Below are positions 25,262-35,984 of a stretch of DNA of 64,000 bases, one piece after another. The DNA is from Escherichia phage vB_Eco_F26, in the sequence record OP870145.1; one strand, 5' to 3'. The position numbers and the translations under genes were made by a program. The notes beneath the pieces are model-generated. The model was not told where the DNA came from, did no database searches, and worked only from the letters and a program-made list of their open reading frames with translations. Numbering within the stretch: position 1 is the first letter of the stretch; each line of letters opens with the position of its first letter.

Positions 25262-27030
25262 AAAAGCCACAAGAAATGCAAACGATGCGTAGAAAAGTTA
25301 TTTCAGATAATAAACCAACACAGGAAGCGGCTAAATCCGCTTCTAATACTTTATCTGGACTTAATGATATATCTACGAAATTGGATGATGCTCAAGCTGC
25401 CTCTGAATTAATAGCTCAAACTGTCGAAGAAAAATCGAATGAAATAATTGGAGCAATTGATAACGTAGAAAGCGCAGTGAGTGATACTACTGCCGGTTCT
25501 GAGTTAATTGCTGAAACTGTCGAAATTGGCAACAATATTAATAAAGAAATTGGTGAATCACTCGGAAGCAAATTAGATAAATTAACGAGTTTATTAGAAC
25601 AAAAAATTCAGACAGCTGGAATTCAACAGACTGGGACTAGTTTAGCCACAGTTGAAAGCGCTATTCCTGTTAAAGTCGTTGAGGATGATACTGCTGAATC
25701 TGTGGGTCCTTTATTACCAGCTCCCGAAGCAGTTAATAATGATCCTGACGCTGATTTTTTCCCTGCCCCTCAACCAGTTGAACCCAAACAAGAATCACCA
25801 GAAGAAAAACAGAAAAAAGAAGCATTTAACTTAAAATTATCTCAAGCTTTAGATAAATTAACAAAGACAGTTGATTTTGGATTTAAGAAATCCATTTCAA
25901 TTACTGATAAAATATCAAGCATGCTATTTAAGTACACCGTCAGTGCTGCTATTGAAGCTGCTAAAATGACTGCAATGATATTGGCTGTTGTTGTTGGAAT
26001 AGACCTTTTGATGGTTCACTTTAAATATTGGTCAGATAAATTTTCGCAGGCTTGGGATTTGTTTAGTACAGACTTTACTAAATTCTCTAGCGAAACCGGA
26101 ACATGGGGTCCTTTATTACAGAGCATCTTTAGTTCTATTGATGAAATTAAAAAGTTCTGGGAAGCGGGAGATTGGGGTGGATTAACAGTAGCTATTGTTG
26201 AAGGGCTTGGAAAGGTTCTTTTTAATTTAGGTGAACTTATTCAGCTTGGAATGGCTAAATTATCTGCTGCAATTCTTCGAGTCATTCCTGGCATGAAGGA
26301 TACTGCTGATGAAGTAGAAGGAAGAGCACTAGAAAATTTCCAAAATTCTACTGGAGCATCTCTCAATAAAGAAGACCAGGAAAAAGTTGCAAATTATCAA
26401 GATAAACGAATGAATGGAGACCTTGGTCCGATAGCAAAAGGATTAGATAAAATTGCTAATTGGAAAACTCGTGCATCTAATTGGATTCGTGGGGTTGATA
26501 ATAAAGAAGCACTGACTACCGACGAAGAACGTGCAGCAGAAGAAGAAAAATTAAAGCAACTTTCACCTGAAGAAAGAAAAAATGCTTTAATGAAGGCTAA
26601 TGAAGCCCGTGCCGCAATGATTCGCTTTGAAAAATATGCTGATTCAGCTGATATGAGTAAAGACTCAACGGTTAAATCAGTTGAATCTGCCTATGAAGAC
26701 CTTAAAAAACGGATGGATGACCCGGATTTAAACAATTCACCGGCAGTTAAAAAAGAACTTGCTGCTCGATTTTCTAAAATTGATGCTACTTATCAAGAGC
26801 TCAAGAAAAATCAGCCTAATGCCAAACCTGAAACTTCTGCTAAATCGCCAGAAGCGAAACAGGTCCAGGTTATTGAAAAGAACAAAGCACAGCAAGCTCC
26901 CGTTCAGCAAGCATCTCCTTCAATCAATAATACTAATAATGTTATTAAGAAAAATACTGTCGTTCATAATATGACACCCGTAACGAGCACAACTGCTCCT
27001 GGTGTATTTGATGCGACTGGAGTTAATTAA
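25258..27030 (+). CDS. 29: tail length tape-measure/baseplate hub protein gp29
   Basis: 590 aa as T4 gp29. Confidence 0.8.
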   Translation: MKKPQEMQTMRRKVISDNKPTQEAAKSASNTLSGLNDISTKLDDAQAASELIAQTVEEKSNEIIGAIDNVESAVSDTTAGSELIAETVEIGNNINKEIGESLGSKLDKLTSLLEQKIQTAGIQQTGTSLATVESAIPVKVVEDDTAESVGPLLPAPEAVNNDPDADFFPAPQPVEPKQESPEEKQKKEAFNLKLSQALDKLTKTVDFGFKKSISITDKISSMLFKYTVSAAIEAAKMTAMILAVVVGIDLLMVHFKYWSDKFSQAWDLFSTDFTKFSSETGTWGPLLQSIFSSIDEIKKFWEAGDWGGLTVAIVEGLGKVLFNLGELIQLGMAKLSAAILRVIPGMKDTADEVEGRALENFQNSTGASLNKEDQEKVANYQDKRMNGDLGPIAKGLDKIANWKTRASNWIRGVDNKEALTTDEERAAEEEKLKQLSPEERKNALMKANEARAAMIRFEKYADSADMSKDSTVKSVESAYEDLKKRMDDPDLNNSPAVKKELAARFSKIDATYQELKKNQPNAKPETSAKSPEAKQVQVIEKNKAQQAPVQQASPSINNTNNVIKKNTVVHNMTPVTSTTAPGVFDATGVN

Positions 27031-27038
27031 GGAATAAT

Positions 27039-28133
27039 ATGGCAATTGTTAAAGAAATAACTACTGATTTAATTAAAAAGTCCGGTGAGAAAATTTCAGC
27101 CGGACAGAGCACTAAATCAGAAGTAGTAACTAAAACATATACTGCCCAGTTTCCAACTGGGCGTGCTAGTGGTAATGACACTACAGGGGACTTCCAGGTA
27201 ACAGATCTATATAAGAATGGATTATTATTTACTGCATACAATATGTCATCTAGGGATTCTGGAAGTCTTAGATCGATGAGATCTAACTACTCTTCTTCAT
27301 CTTCGAGTATTTTACGTACAGCTAAAAACACTATTAGTAGTACAGTATCAAAACTATCAAATGGATTAATATCAAATAATAATTCAGGAACAATAAGTAA
27401 AGCTCCTGTCGCAAATATTCTTTTACCGAGATCTAAATCTGATGTTGATACATCATCACATAGATTTAATGATGTTCAAGAAAGTCTTATCAGTAGAGGT
27501 GGAGGCACTGCTACCGGTGTGCTAAGTAATGTTGCTTCAACTGCAGTATTTGGGGCGCTGGAAAGTATAACACAAGGTATAATGGCTGATAATAATGAAC
27601 AGATTTATACGACAGCCAGAAGTATGTATGGTGGTGCTGAAAATAGAACTAAAGTGTTTACATGGGATTTGACTCCGCGTTCAACAGAAGATTTAATGGC
27701 TATTATTAATATCTATCAATATTTTAACTATTTTTCTTATGGTGAAACGGGTAAATCTCAATATGCTGCTGAAATAAAGGGGTATTTAGATGATTGGTAT
27801 CGTTCTACGTTAATTGAACCTTTATCTCCGGAAGACGCAGCTAAAAATAAAACACTATTTGAGAAAATGACAGCAAGTTTAACGAACGTTCTAGTAGTTT
27901 CAAACCCGACAGTTTGGATGGTGAAAAACTTTGGCGCAACATCTAAGTTTGATGGAAAAACGGAAATATTTGGTCCATGCCAAATACAGAGCATTAGATT
28001 TGATAAAACACCTAATGGTAACTTTAACGGATTAGCTATTGCTCCAAACCTCCCTAGTACATTTACTCTCGAGATTACTATGAGAGAAATTATCACGTTA
28101 AACCGTGCTTCTTTATATGCGGGGACTTTTTAA
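27039..28133 (+). CDS. 48: baseplate tail-tube cap gp48
   Basis: 364 aa as T4 gp48. Confidence 0.8.
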   Translation: MAIVKEITTDLIKKSGEKISAGQSTKSEVVTKTYTAQFPTGRASGNDTTGDFQVTDLYKNGLLFTAYNMSSRDSGSLRSMRSNYSSSSSSILRTAKNTISSTVSKLSNGLISNNNSGTISKAPVANILLPRSKSDVDTSSHRFNDVQESLISRGGGTATGVLSNVASTAVFGALESITQGIMADNNEQIYTTARSMYGGAENRTKVFTWDLTPRSTEDLMAIINIYQYFNYFSYGETGKSQYAAEIKGYLDDWYRSTLIEPLSPEDAAKNKTLFEKMTASLTNVLVVSNPTVWMVKNFGATSKFDGKTEIFGPCQIQSIRFDKTPNGNFNGLAIAPNLPSTFTLEITMREIITLNRASLYAGTF

Positions 28134-29056
28134 TGTATTCTTTAGAGGAATTTAATAATCAAGCAATAAACGCAGATTTCCAACGTAATAATATGTTTAG
28201 CTGCGTTTTTGCAACAACTCCATCAACTAAAAGCTCTTCGTTGATAAGTTCAATTAGCAACTTTTCTTATAATAACTTGGGCCTAAATTCAAATTGGTTA
28301 GGATTAACTCAAGGTGATATTAATCAGGGAATTACCACGCTAATTACAGCTGGCACACAAAAACTGATAAGAAAATCAGGGGTTAGTAAATATCTTATTG
28401 GTGCCATGAGTCAACGTACAGTTCAAAGTTTATTAGGCTCATTTACAGTTGGTACATATTTAATTGACTTCTTTAACATGGCATATAACTCATCTGGATT
28501 GATGATATATTCTGTAAAAATGCCAGAGAATAGATTATCCTATGAAACTGACTGGAACTATAATTCTCCTAATATTCGTATAACTGGAAGAGAATTAGAC
28601 CCTTTGGTTATTTCATTTAGAATGGATTCAGAAGCTTGTAACTATCGTGCAATGCAAGACTGGGTTAACGCTGTTCAAGACCCAGTAACTGGACTGCGTG
28701 CTTTGCCACAAGATGTCGAGGCAGATATTCAGGTTAATCTTCATTCTCGTAATGGATTGCCTCATACTGCGGTGATGTTCACCGGATGCATTCCAATATC
28801 AGTGAGCGGTCCTGAGTTATCATATGATGGAGATAACCAAATAACTACATTTGATGTTACTTTTGCGTATAGAGTGATGCAGGCTGGAGCGGTTGATAGA
28901 CAAGCTGCGCTTGAATGGCTTGAATCTGCTGCTATAAATGGTATTCAAAGCGTTCTCGGAAATAGTGGAGGTGTTACTGGACTATCTAATTCGCTTTCAC
29001 GACTCAGTAGATTAGGGGGAACCTCAGGAAGCATTTCAAATATTAGTATACTATGA
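28133..29056 (+). CDS. 54: baseplate tail-tube initiator gp54
   Basis: 307 aa; position after gene 48. Confidence 0.75.
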   Translation: MYSLEEFNNQAINADFQRNNMFSCVFATTPSTKSSSLISSISNFSYNNLGLNSNWLGLTQGDINQGITTLITAGTQKLIRKSGVSKYLIGAMSQRTVQSLLGSFTVGTYLIDFFNMAYNSSGLMIYSVKMPENRLSYETDWNYNSPNIRITGRELDPLVISFRMDSEACNYRAMQDWVNAVQDPVTGLRALPQDVEADIQVNLHSRNGLPHTAVMFTGCIPISVSGPELSYDGDNQITTFDVTFAYRVMQAGAVDRQAALEWLESAAINGIQSVLGNSGGVTGLSNSLSRLSRLGGTSGSISNISIL

Positions 29057-29104
29057 CAGGGATTGTCAATTCGCAGAGTAAAATATTAGGAGCAATATAA
29101 CAAT

Positions 29105-29135
29105 GGGGACCTTTCGGTCCCCATATTTTTATTTA
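29105..29135 (+). terminator. rho-independent terminator after gene 54
   Basis: GGGGACC-TTTC-GGTCCCC hairpin followed by ATATTTTTATTT. Confidence 0.7.
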
Positions 29136-29419
29136 CGGAATGAAATGAAAGCAGAAACTGAAGCAACTAAACTGTCTTCAATATAAACTTCAATTTTTAC
29201 CGGAGCTTCTGACTCAAATTTACCTGTTACTACACCCTGAAAAATACTTTCAGTCTGTTCTGGCTTTGAAAAATTTTCAGAAGGAAAAATTCCAAACTTT
29301 TTATCTGTTCCGAAAATTTTGATAAATTCATCATAAACTGCTTCATTAAAAGCATTATCAGCAGGAATAACGCCTTCAACTACAAGTTCTTGACCTAAAA
29401 AGCGTAAAGAAGATTTCAT
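29129..29419 (-). CDS. hypothetical protein downstream of alt
   Basis: 96 aa ORF on alt strand. Confidence 0.45.
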   Translation of the reverse strand: MKSSLRFLGQELVVEGVIPADNAFNEAVYDEFIKIFGTDKKFGIFPSENFSKPEQTESIFQGVVTGKFESEAPVKIEVYIEDSLVASVSAFISFRK

Positions 29420-29451
29420 TTTGTGTTCCTCATGTTATGTCAGTAAGAATA

Positions 29452-29838
29452 CTATAACACAACATGAGGGACTTGTAAACTACATTTTGAACTTTTTAGT
29501 ACGCGTAATAGGCATGCGTCGATTTTATACTGTTTCATTGTTTGAAGAGCAGTATCAAAAACAGCATTAATGACACCAATTGGATTTCCACCCAAGTTTT
29601 TAAGCTTAACTAATGATAGTTTCTCATTAACACCTATCATTACGATATGCATCATTTTGTCGCCTGGTTTAACGTTTTATCTGTATCACCGCCAGAGGTG
29701 TATGTACAAAATCTAAATCCAGGAAGCACGCTTTCTTCGCCGGTTTGAATAGCAAAAATTTGTGGTATTTTATGCTTAGGATTTAAGTTAACAACCGGCG
29801 CCGAAGCGCCGTCAAATAATTATGTAATAAGTTCCATG
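29452..29838 (-). pseudogene. degenerate partial duplicate of the alt 5' region (frame-disrupted)
   Basis: Begins MELIT then stop, exactly as alt begins; a second frame continues with VNLNPKHKIPQIF...GFRFCTYTSGGDT...KMMHIV...QTMKQYKIDACLLRVLKS, closely paralleling Alt residues 1-105. Confidence 0.65.
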
Positions 29839-29840
29839 AT

Positions 29841-31937
29841 TTATCCTTGAACGAACTTGTAAGGCATGTTTGCAATATCTATGCAAGACGCAATAATTCC
29901 AAGAGATGATTCTACTTTCTGTTTAACATTTGATGAAACAAATGATGCAAAGTCAACTCTGTCTTCTATTTCAATATCACCTGTCATTGCAACTACTTCG
30001 CCAGTTTCCATTAGACGGTCACCGTCATAAATTACTGATTCGGTGAGTTCTTCCGTAGTCATAACTTCAGCTTGAATGAGTTTTGTATTATTAGATGTTG
30101 TTCCGTCATTATTAGAAGCATCAGTTATTTTATTAACTTTGACCATCAATCCGCGCGGTAGAATAACTTCAGCTTCTGTTGCTATTCCGAGACTTCCTGG
30201 ATATACAACATTAACTTTATGAGCTCCATCAATTGCCCATCCTATTTGAACTTTAACGTATTCAGGATTTTCTTTATACGCTCTTATTTCGTTTGGATTA
30301 ATAGTTATTCCTTCTTCATTTTTATCAACTGTTAATTCATTGCGAGCTTCTGGTTCTAAAAGACCGATACCAGCATGTGTAATTCCAAAACGTCCAAAAA
30401 TGATAGGAGTTAAAGAAGTAGATACAAAATTTCTGAAATAGAACACTTTATTTTTAACTAGTGCTTCGTATATAGGAGCAGTCATGCTTTGAGCACGATA
30501 AACTGTAATGCCTTCTGGTATACGGTCACCATTTTCAAAAGCTGAATCTAAATTATTTATCGCAGATTCAATTTCTTTTTCACTCATTACATCATATCGT
30601 TCTGGATTGTAGCGGCCTAAAAGAAGATTATTGATGTCAGTATATCCTGATCCACAATATTCTCTAATGCCGCGCTTTTGTGATGGAGTATATTTAGAAC
30701 CATCACGGGCAATAGTAATATCAATCATTGGACCTGCACCAATTCCAGAAAAACTATAAATCATTCGTTTGAGGAATTTAGTTTTTGCTGCGTTCCAGGA
30801 ATTTTTAGTTATTTCTTCCCAGACTTCATCTGGCTGTCCTTTACGGGTTTTATTATGTTTATCAAGCCAATTATCTTTATATTCTTCAAAGAATTTATTA
30901 ACAGCTGCTGCGTATTTCTCTAAACATTTTATTGAAGTAGTTGGTTCATTTTTAATCGCATTAAGAATTACATCTTTAATTTTTTCAGAAACTTCATCAA
31001 CCTCACTTTTTGAAAAGAATTTATAGTCATAGTGAAGTTCATTTGCAGTTCCTTCAGCAATAATTTTTGCTGCCTTAGTTTTAGAAGCTAATGAATTAAT
31101 TCCAAGCTTCATTTCTTCTGCTTCGGGAATTAAAGGAGCGGTAGCAGGTTTATTAAAATTAGCTGCGGTAGATTCATACTTCTGGAATAATTCACTTTCA
31201 AATCTAGAAGATTCTAATGATTGACTTTGCGCAATTGCTCTACGGGAAATTTTAACTTTAACAATAACAGCTTGGTCAGAACGTTTATCATTTTCTTGTG
31301 CAATAGATGCTGCAATTGCCTCATTTTTAGTTACTTGAGCTCCGGTATCTTTATTGATATAAACATCGCCGACCTTCGATTCAACTTTAGTAAAGAGCTC
31401 GGTACTAATTTCCGGAACTCCTGGAATGTCTTCTAGTGATACATTTTTGCGATGTATAAGAATATATGCATACTTTTTATCATAATCCCAGAGTTCCTTA
31501 AGAAGGACGTATCTGCCGCCTGAACGACTACGGATAAGTCTATCAGCAATAACTTGAATTTGTCGAGCTTGACCAGCAGTTTTAGACTTAAGAATACGAA
31601 GCATACAGGCATCAATTTTATACTGACGCATTGTTTGCATTGCAACAGTAAAAACTGAATTGATGTAATTAATTGGGCTTGGACCGAGACCTTTTAATTT
31701 AGCAATTGAACCTTTAGCAGTTAGTGTAAAAGGAACAATGTGCATCATTTTATCGCCCATCTTTAAATCACGGTTAGTATCACCTCCAGATGTATAGGTA
31801 CATAAACGAAAGCCTGGTTGTTCAATTGCGTCATCAACATGAACTGAAAAAATTTGCGGTATTTTCTTCTTTGGATTTAAGTTTGTAATCGGAAGAGTAG
31901 TATCTTCGTCAAATAATTCTGTAATTAGTTCCATCAT
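29841..31937 (-). CDS. alt: ADP-ribosyltransferase Alt (packaged, modifies host RNA polymerase)
   Basis: 698 aa; T4 Alt position; late promoter just upstream. Confidence 0.8.
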   Translation of the reverse strand: MMELITELFDEDTTLPITNLNPKKKIPQIFSVHVDDAIEQPGFRLCTYTSGGDTNRDLKMGDKMMHIVPFTLTAKGSIAKLKGLGPSPINYINSVFTVAMQTMRQYKIDACMLRILKSKTAGQARQIQVIADRLIRSRSGGRYVLLKELWDYDKKYAYILIHRKNVSLEDIPGVPEISTELFTKVESKVGDVYINKDTGAQVTKNEAIAASIAQENDKRSDQAVIVKVKISRRAIAQSQSLESSRFESELFQKYESTAANFNKPATAPLIPEAEEMKLGINSLASKTKAAKIIAEGTANELHYDYKFFSKSEVDEVSEKIKDVILNAIKNEPTTSIKCLEKYAAAVNKFFEEYKDNWLDKHNKTRKGQPDEVWEEITKNSWNAAKTKFLKRMIYSFSGIGAGPMIDITIARDGSKYTPSQKRGIREYCGSGYTDINNLLLGRYNPERYDVMSEKEIESAINNLDSAFENGDRIPEGITVYRAQSMTAPIYEALVKNKVFYFRNFVSTSLTPIIFGRFGITHAGIGLLEPEARNELTVDKNEEGITINPNEIRAYKENPEYVKVQIGWAIDGAHKVNVVYPGSLGIATEAEVILPRGLMVKVNKITDASNNDGTTSNNTKLIQAEVMTTEELTESVIYDGDRLMETGEVVAMTGDIEIEDRVDFASFVSSNVKQKVESSLGIIASCIDIANMPYKFVQG

Positions 31938-31958
31938 ATCCTCTCTAGTGTTTATTCT

Positions 31959-31966
31959 ATTTATAA
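31959..31966 (-). promoter_or_regulatory. late promoter (TATAAATA on - strand) for alt
   Basis: TATTTATA on + strand ~22 nt upstream of alt start, just after a hairpin. Confidence 0.6.
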
Positions 31967-31971
31967 AATTA

Positions 31972-31989
31972 AAGGCCCGAAGGCCTTTA
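31972..31989 (-). terminator. hairpin terminator downstream of the gene 30 operon, before alt
   Basis: AAAGGCC-CGAA-GGCCTTT palindrome followed in - direction by T-rich tract. Confidence 0.55.
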
Positions 31990-32175
31990 GTAATCTAGTG
32001 GTAAGAGAGTACGATATATTTCAAACTTTGGTCCTTTTTCATAGGCATCAAATGCTTCTGTGAATTTATTATAAGCGTATGCATCTACAAATTCGAGAAT
32101 GACTTGTGATACAGAAGTAGAAACATCTCCACCTTCTTTTTGAGCAATGACAATTGTTTCTAAGTAAGCTTTCAT
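31987..32175 (-). CDS. hypothetical protein
   Basis: 62 aa ORF whose start overlaps gene 30 stop. Confidence 0.4.
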   Translation of the reverse strand: MKAYLETIVIAQKEGGDVSTSVSQVILEFVDAYAYNKFTEAFDAYEKGPKFEIYRTLLPLDY

Positions 32176-33635
32176 AGACCAGTTACCTCATGAAAATCAC
32201 CAAATACATCCTCGAATGTATTAGCTTTAGTTTTATCTTCGCGTAAACGAATCGCAATCGGAAGAAATAATTTAACGTAATCAGTGCGGCCATCAGATTT
32301 TAACCAACCATTGCATTCGCACTCTAGAATTTTTCCAATATAATAATTTTGGTTTTCCATAATGCGAGTACGGTCAAGTTCATGTGATTTTACGCCGGCT
32401 TTATCTTTTAAGCCTGAACCAGCATTTACCTTAATTTTTCCACACTCTGACTCAAGAATAAATCCACCTGCTTTAGTAGGGTCTTTACGGTGAGGATAAA
32501 TTCCTACAATTTTTAAATCAACATCAATTACTTCTTTAAATTTATAGAGATTTTTTGAACGAGCATTTTCCCATAATCCATCGATATTTTTGAGAATAAT
32601 ACCTTCAAGACCTTGGTCAATATACTTTTTATAAATTACCTTAGCTTCATCTAGGTTATTTACTACCTGGTTTTCAATTAAAATTACTTTATCATAGCCT
32701 GATGTCATTTGTTCTAGTTTAGAAAAACGTACATCATATTTCAAACGAAATGCAGGAAGACCGTATATTTCTACCAACGGGACATAATCCCAAACCTGAA
32801 ACTTCATGCATTGAGCTTCTTTTTCAGAAATGGTTCCCTTTAAAGATTTATTAGCGATTCCATTAGAAGTAGTACGTGATTCAGCTACTTCTGTGAAGTC
32901 TTTAACTTTACTGTTTTCAGGATGAGCATCAAAAAGAAAATCTAGGCCTTCTGACTCCTTTTTAACTTGCTCATGGTATACCAATTCGCCATCAATTAAC
33001 ACGCCTTCTGGATGAATCTGGCGGGCTTCAGCGGTCATTTTGATTAATTCTTCCTTAAGAAGATCTAATCCTAGATATTCATTACCGGCTCGTGATAAAA
33101 GACGAACATCATCTAATTCATCACCTCTGACTTCGGCAAAGCACCGAGCCCCATCAGCTTTTAACTGGGCAAAGGCTGGAAATTTGATATTCTTATTAAT
33201 GCCTTTTTCATCATAAGAACTTGCAAGCATTTGAGGTTGTTCAGGAATTAAACCTGGCCAAACTTTGTTTGCAATAGATACTGAAGCACCACATTCAAGG
33301 TCTCGCATCATCACTCGACGCAAAACTTCAACATCATCTTTTTTACCATCGGTGATATATCCAGTTAATTCCTCAATTGCTGCATTTCCAGTCAATTTCC
33401 GAGTAGCTAATGTGAATTCAATGAAGTCAAGCATATCGGTAAGAGTCAACATTCCAAAACTCTGGGTAGCAATACCAGGTTTAGGCCATTTCTTGATATA
33501 ATACTGCAACCCACGAGAATAAGTCAGACGATATACTCGTTTAAGCAATTCATTATCTTTATTCTTTTCAAGAATTGCTTGCTTCTGCTTAGTTGAACCA
33601 ATAGATGCTATTTCGTTCAGAATTTTAAGAATCAT
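32172..33635 (-). CDS. 30: ATP-dependent DNA ligase gp30
   Basis: 487 aa, exactly T4 DNA ligase length; adenylation motif LKADGAR. Confidence 0.9.
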   Translation of the reverse strand: MILKILNEIASIGSTKQKQAILEKNKDNELLKRVYRLTYSRGLQYYIKKWPKPGIATQSFGMLTLTDMLDFIEFTLATRKLTGNAAIEELTGYITDGKKDDVEVLRRVMMRDLECGASVSIANKVWPGLIPEQPQMLASSYDEKGINKNIKFPAFAQLKADGARCFAEVRGDELDDVRLLSRAGNEYLGLDLLKEELIKMTAEARQIHPEGVLIDGELVYHEQVKKESEGLDFLFDAHPENSKVKDFTEVAESRTTSNGIANKSLKGTISEKEAQCMKFQVWDYVPLVEIYGLPAFRLKYDVRFSKLEQMTSGYDKVILIENQVVNNLDEAKVIYKKYIDQGLEGIILKNIDGLWENARSKNLYKFKEVIDVDLKIVGIYPHRKDPTKAGGFILESECGKIKVNAGSGLKDKAGVKSHELDRTRIMENQNYYIGKILECECNGWLKSDGRTDYVKLFLPIAIRLREDKTKANTFEDVFGDFHEVTGL

Positions 33636-33901
33636 TGTTCATCCTTTAGAGTTTGGTTTACAGCTCTATTATAAATCAATTCATCATTAAGCTCAGTCAA
33701 AGACCTGTGGTACGTGGTTCTAACTTTATTTCCTTGCATCCAGTGCTTGATATAAATGAAACCTTGCTCTACGCATTTTTTAAAAATTCGTTCGTCTTTT
33801 TGAGCTCGGAATTCTGGATTGCATCTAAAAAATTGATTTACGTGACCGTAATCACGTGTAGTATTACCTTCATTTTCATAAATAGTATGAACAACAAACA
33901 T
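33632..33901 (-). CDS. hypothetical protein (30.1-like)
   Basis: 89 aa ORF overlapping gene 30 start. Confidence 0.5.
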   Translation of the reverse strand: MFVVHTIYENEGNTTRDYGHVNQFFRCNPEFRAQKDERIFKKCVEQGFIYIKHWMQGNKVRTTYHRSLTELNDELIYNRAVNQTLKDEQ

Positions 33902-34740
33902 TAGAACGCTCCTTGAAAAATATTATCACCACTAGCAGGTCTATTATACAAATACTCTATGCCACCAGGTTTAATATAGTTCCATGTCTGAAACGGATGC
34001 GTCTGATATGGATGATATAGATGATTATAAGGATTAAATCCAGGAGTTCTCCAGGTAGTGTTCCAACGAAAAGAATCGTTTTTAATCATCTTTTCAATTA
34101 CATCTTTTATAGCTTTTTCACTATCAAAACTTTCTTTATTTTCCTTTGGTGAAAAAAGCTTATTCTCTACATCGTTCCATGTATAAACTCGCTGAGCAGT
34201 TTTTGGAATATTGTCACGCTCCCCTCGAGCCATCCAATAAACAGGAACATTTAATATTTCACTCGCGTGATCGCAGTGGTGAGCGAGATCGTCAATATAA
34301 CAAATTACGTTATATTTCTCTTTTGCCTTTTTGAACAACTCTTCTTTTGAAGAATCATGACCACACATCAATACTTCTGAGAAGGCACCAGGAAAAAGAG
34401 CATTCAAATTAAATTGACGATTCAGCAGAGCGTCAATAGAATCACCCAATGCTGTAACAGCTACAAAATTATAATCTTCTTTTAATTTGTTAATTACACA
34501 CAGGGCATCTTTATATGGAGACAAGTAACGAATAAAATCTGAACGATTGTATTTTTCAATTAACTTGACGCCAAGTTCTTCATCACAATTAAAGAGTTTA
34601 CCAGGAGAAATAAATTTCTCATCTTGGATCATTTTTAAAATATGTTCTAACGGAAGATTATATTTCTGAGCAAAATAAGGAAGGCCTGATTGCCAGCTTA
34701 AACATACTCCATCAATATCAGTCAAAATAGTAGGCTTCAT
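33901..34740 (-). CDS. HAD-family hydrolase-like protein (30.2-like)
   Basis: 279 aa; N-terminal DxDGV motif (LTDIDGVCL). Confidence 0.55.
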   Translation of the reverse strand: MKPTILTDIDGVCLSWQSGLPYFAQKYNLPLEHILKMIQDEKFISPGKLFNCDEELGVKLIEKYNRSDFIRYLSPYKDALCVINKLKEDYNFVAVTALGDSIDALLNRQFNLNALFPGAFSEVLMCGHDSSKEELFKKAKEKYNVICYIDDLAHHCDHASEILNVPVYWMARGERDNIPKTAQRVYTWNDVENKLFSPKENKESFDSEKAIKDVIEKMIKNDSFRWNTTWRTPGFNPYNHLYHPYQTHPFQTWNYIKPGGIEYLYNRPASGDNIFQGAF

Positions 34741-35201
34741 AGAGAGTCTCTTAATAGGTTTAACACATCAATAAATTCAGCTTCGGTTAGTATTGTATCA
34801 TCTTTTGTTAGACCACTAGCCATGCTGTGCTTCAAAACTTTTCCTTTCGAGGCTTGTAATGCATCACGAAAGCCCTTGTTTTGGATCGCTGCTTCAAAAT
34901 ATGCATTTGTGTATAATTCTTTCCACGCCGGGGAGTATCTTGAAAACGGAACTCCAAGCCAGAAGAGGGTCCCACGGTCCTGAGCTCTAGCATAAGACCT
35001 TCCAGCTTGTTGAGCGGAAAGCCCGGATAACCCAAATATACGACGTTGTTGTTCAACGTTTTTCACCTTGCATCCTTGGAGGAATCCTTCAAGACCTCCA
35101 AATTGAATACCATCCATAACGAAAGGCCATTGGGCGAAATTACTTAATGCACATGATGGCCACCTAAAATTACTTCTAATCTCTAACTCAGACATTTTCA
35201 A
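34737..35201 (-). CDS. hypothetical protein (30.3-like)
   Basis: 154 aa ORF, overlapping neighbours. Confidence 0.5.
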   Translation of the reverse strand: MKMSELEIRSNFRWPSCALSNFAQWPFVMDGIQFGGLEGFLQGCKVKNVEQQRRIFGLSGLSAQQAGRSYARAQDRGTLFWLGVPFSRYSPAWKELYTNAYFEAAIQNKGFRDALQASKGKVLKHSMASGLTKDDTILTEAEFIDVLNLLRDSL

Positions 35202-35394
35202 TGCTTATAATTTCAACATCAGCCCAATGACCATAGTTTGGTAGACGAAATTCAACTGGCCAGTTAGGGTCCTTTTCTAATATAATAGACTCAACTCGTG
35301 GTTCTTCATGTTCATCAGTATATGGATTTTTATCTGTTACTTTATATGTGACCTTAATGTACTGAATTCCAAAAATCTTATTAATTATATTCAT
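35188..35394 (-). CDS. hypothetical protein
   Basis: 68 aa ORF in operon-like array. Confidence 0.4.
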   Translation of the reverse strand: MNIINKIFGIQYIKVTYKVTDKNPYTDEHEEPRVESIILEKDPNWPVEFRLPNYGHWADVEIISIENV

Positions 35395-35588
35395 ACTAAT
35401 TCCTTTAATCCGTAAATAGGAGATAATTCATCACCCATACGAAGGTCTTCATTTCCATCTACCCAGGAAACAATATAAGCCTCTTTTATTTGAACACCAC
35501 TCCATTTAAATGGAGGTAGAACCTTAGAAATTAATCCAGGTATACCAACTCCCTTTAATTCAACAGTTTGACCTAAAAAGAATTTCAT
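35391..35588 (-). CDS. hypothetical protein
   Basis: 65 aa ORF in operon-like array. Confidence 0.4.
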   Translation of the reverse strand: MKFFLGQTVELKGVGIPGLISKVLPPFKWSGVQIKEAYIVSWVDGNEDLRMGDELSPIYGLKELV

Positions 35589-35875
35589 TAGAACCTCATC
35601 TGAAAACCGTGCGATTTAACATTACCGCCGCCAATATCAGAAATGTTAATTTCACGCGCAATTGAAGGGTCAATGTCAATTTCACGATTGAGTTTAGTGA
35701 TAGCTAAAGTATCGCACCCATTTACAATACGGAACTCTAAAGGACAAACCACATCAACGTAGTTTTTAATCGATTCGCTCGTAGGTTGCAAATGTGCAGG
35801 AAGGTCTTTAGGTGCCTTTGAGAAAACAACTTCACAGAAATTTTTGCGGGTATCAAAATAAGTAGTCATAAACAT
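35588..35875 (-). CDS. hypothetical protein
   Basis: ORF trimmed to internal Met (MFMTTYF) downstream of a hairpin. Confidence 0.4.
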   Translation of the reverse strand: MFMTTYFDTRKNFCEVVFSKAPKDLPAHLQPTSESIKNYVDVVCPLEFRIVNGCDTLAITKLNREIDIDPSIAREINISDIGGGNVKSHGFQMRF

Positions 35876-35984
35876 AACATTTTCCTCAATAGGGGCCAAA
35901 GCCCTTTTCTTTTGTTTGTATAAAATAATACTATCACAAAGGAACCGTACTGTAAACAACTTTATGCAATCTTTGGAAAATAAA

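Noticed and set aside
35886-35910. GC hairpin AGGGGCC-AAA-GCCCTTTT with a T-run on the + strand inside a - strand gene array
   Set aside because: It is in terminator orientation for the non-coding strand; more likely an intergenic structure upstream of the trimmed ORF start than a functional + strand terminator
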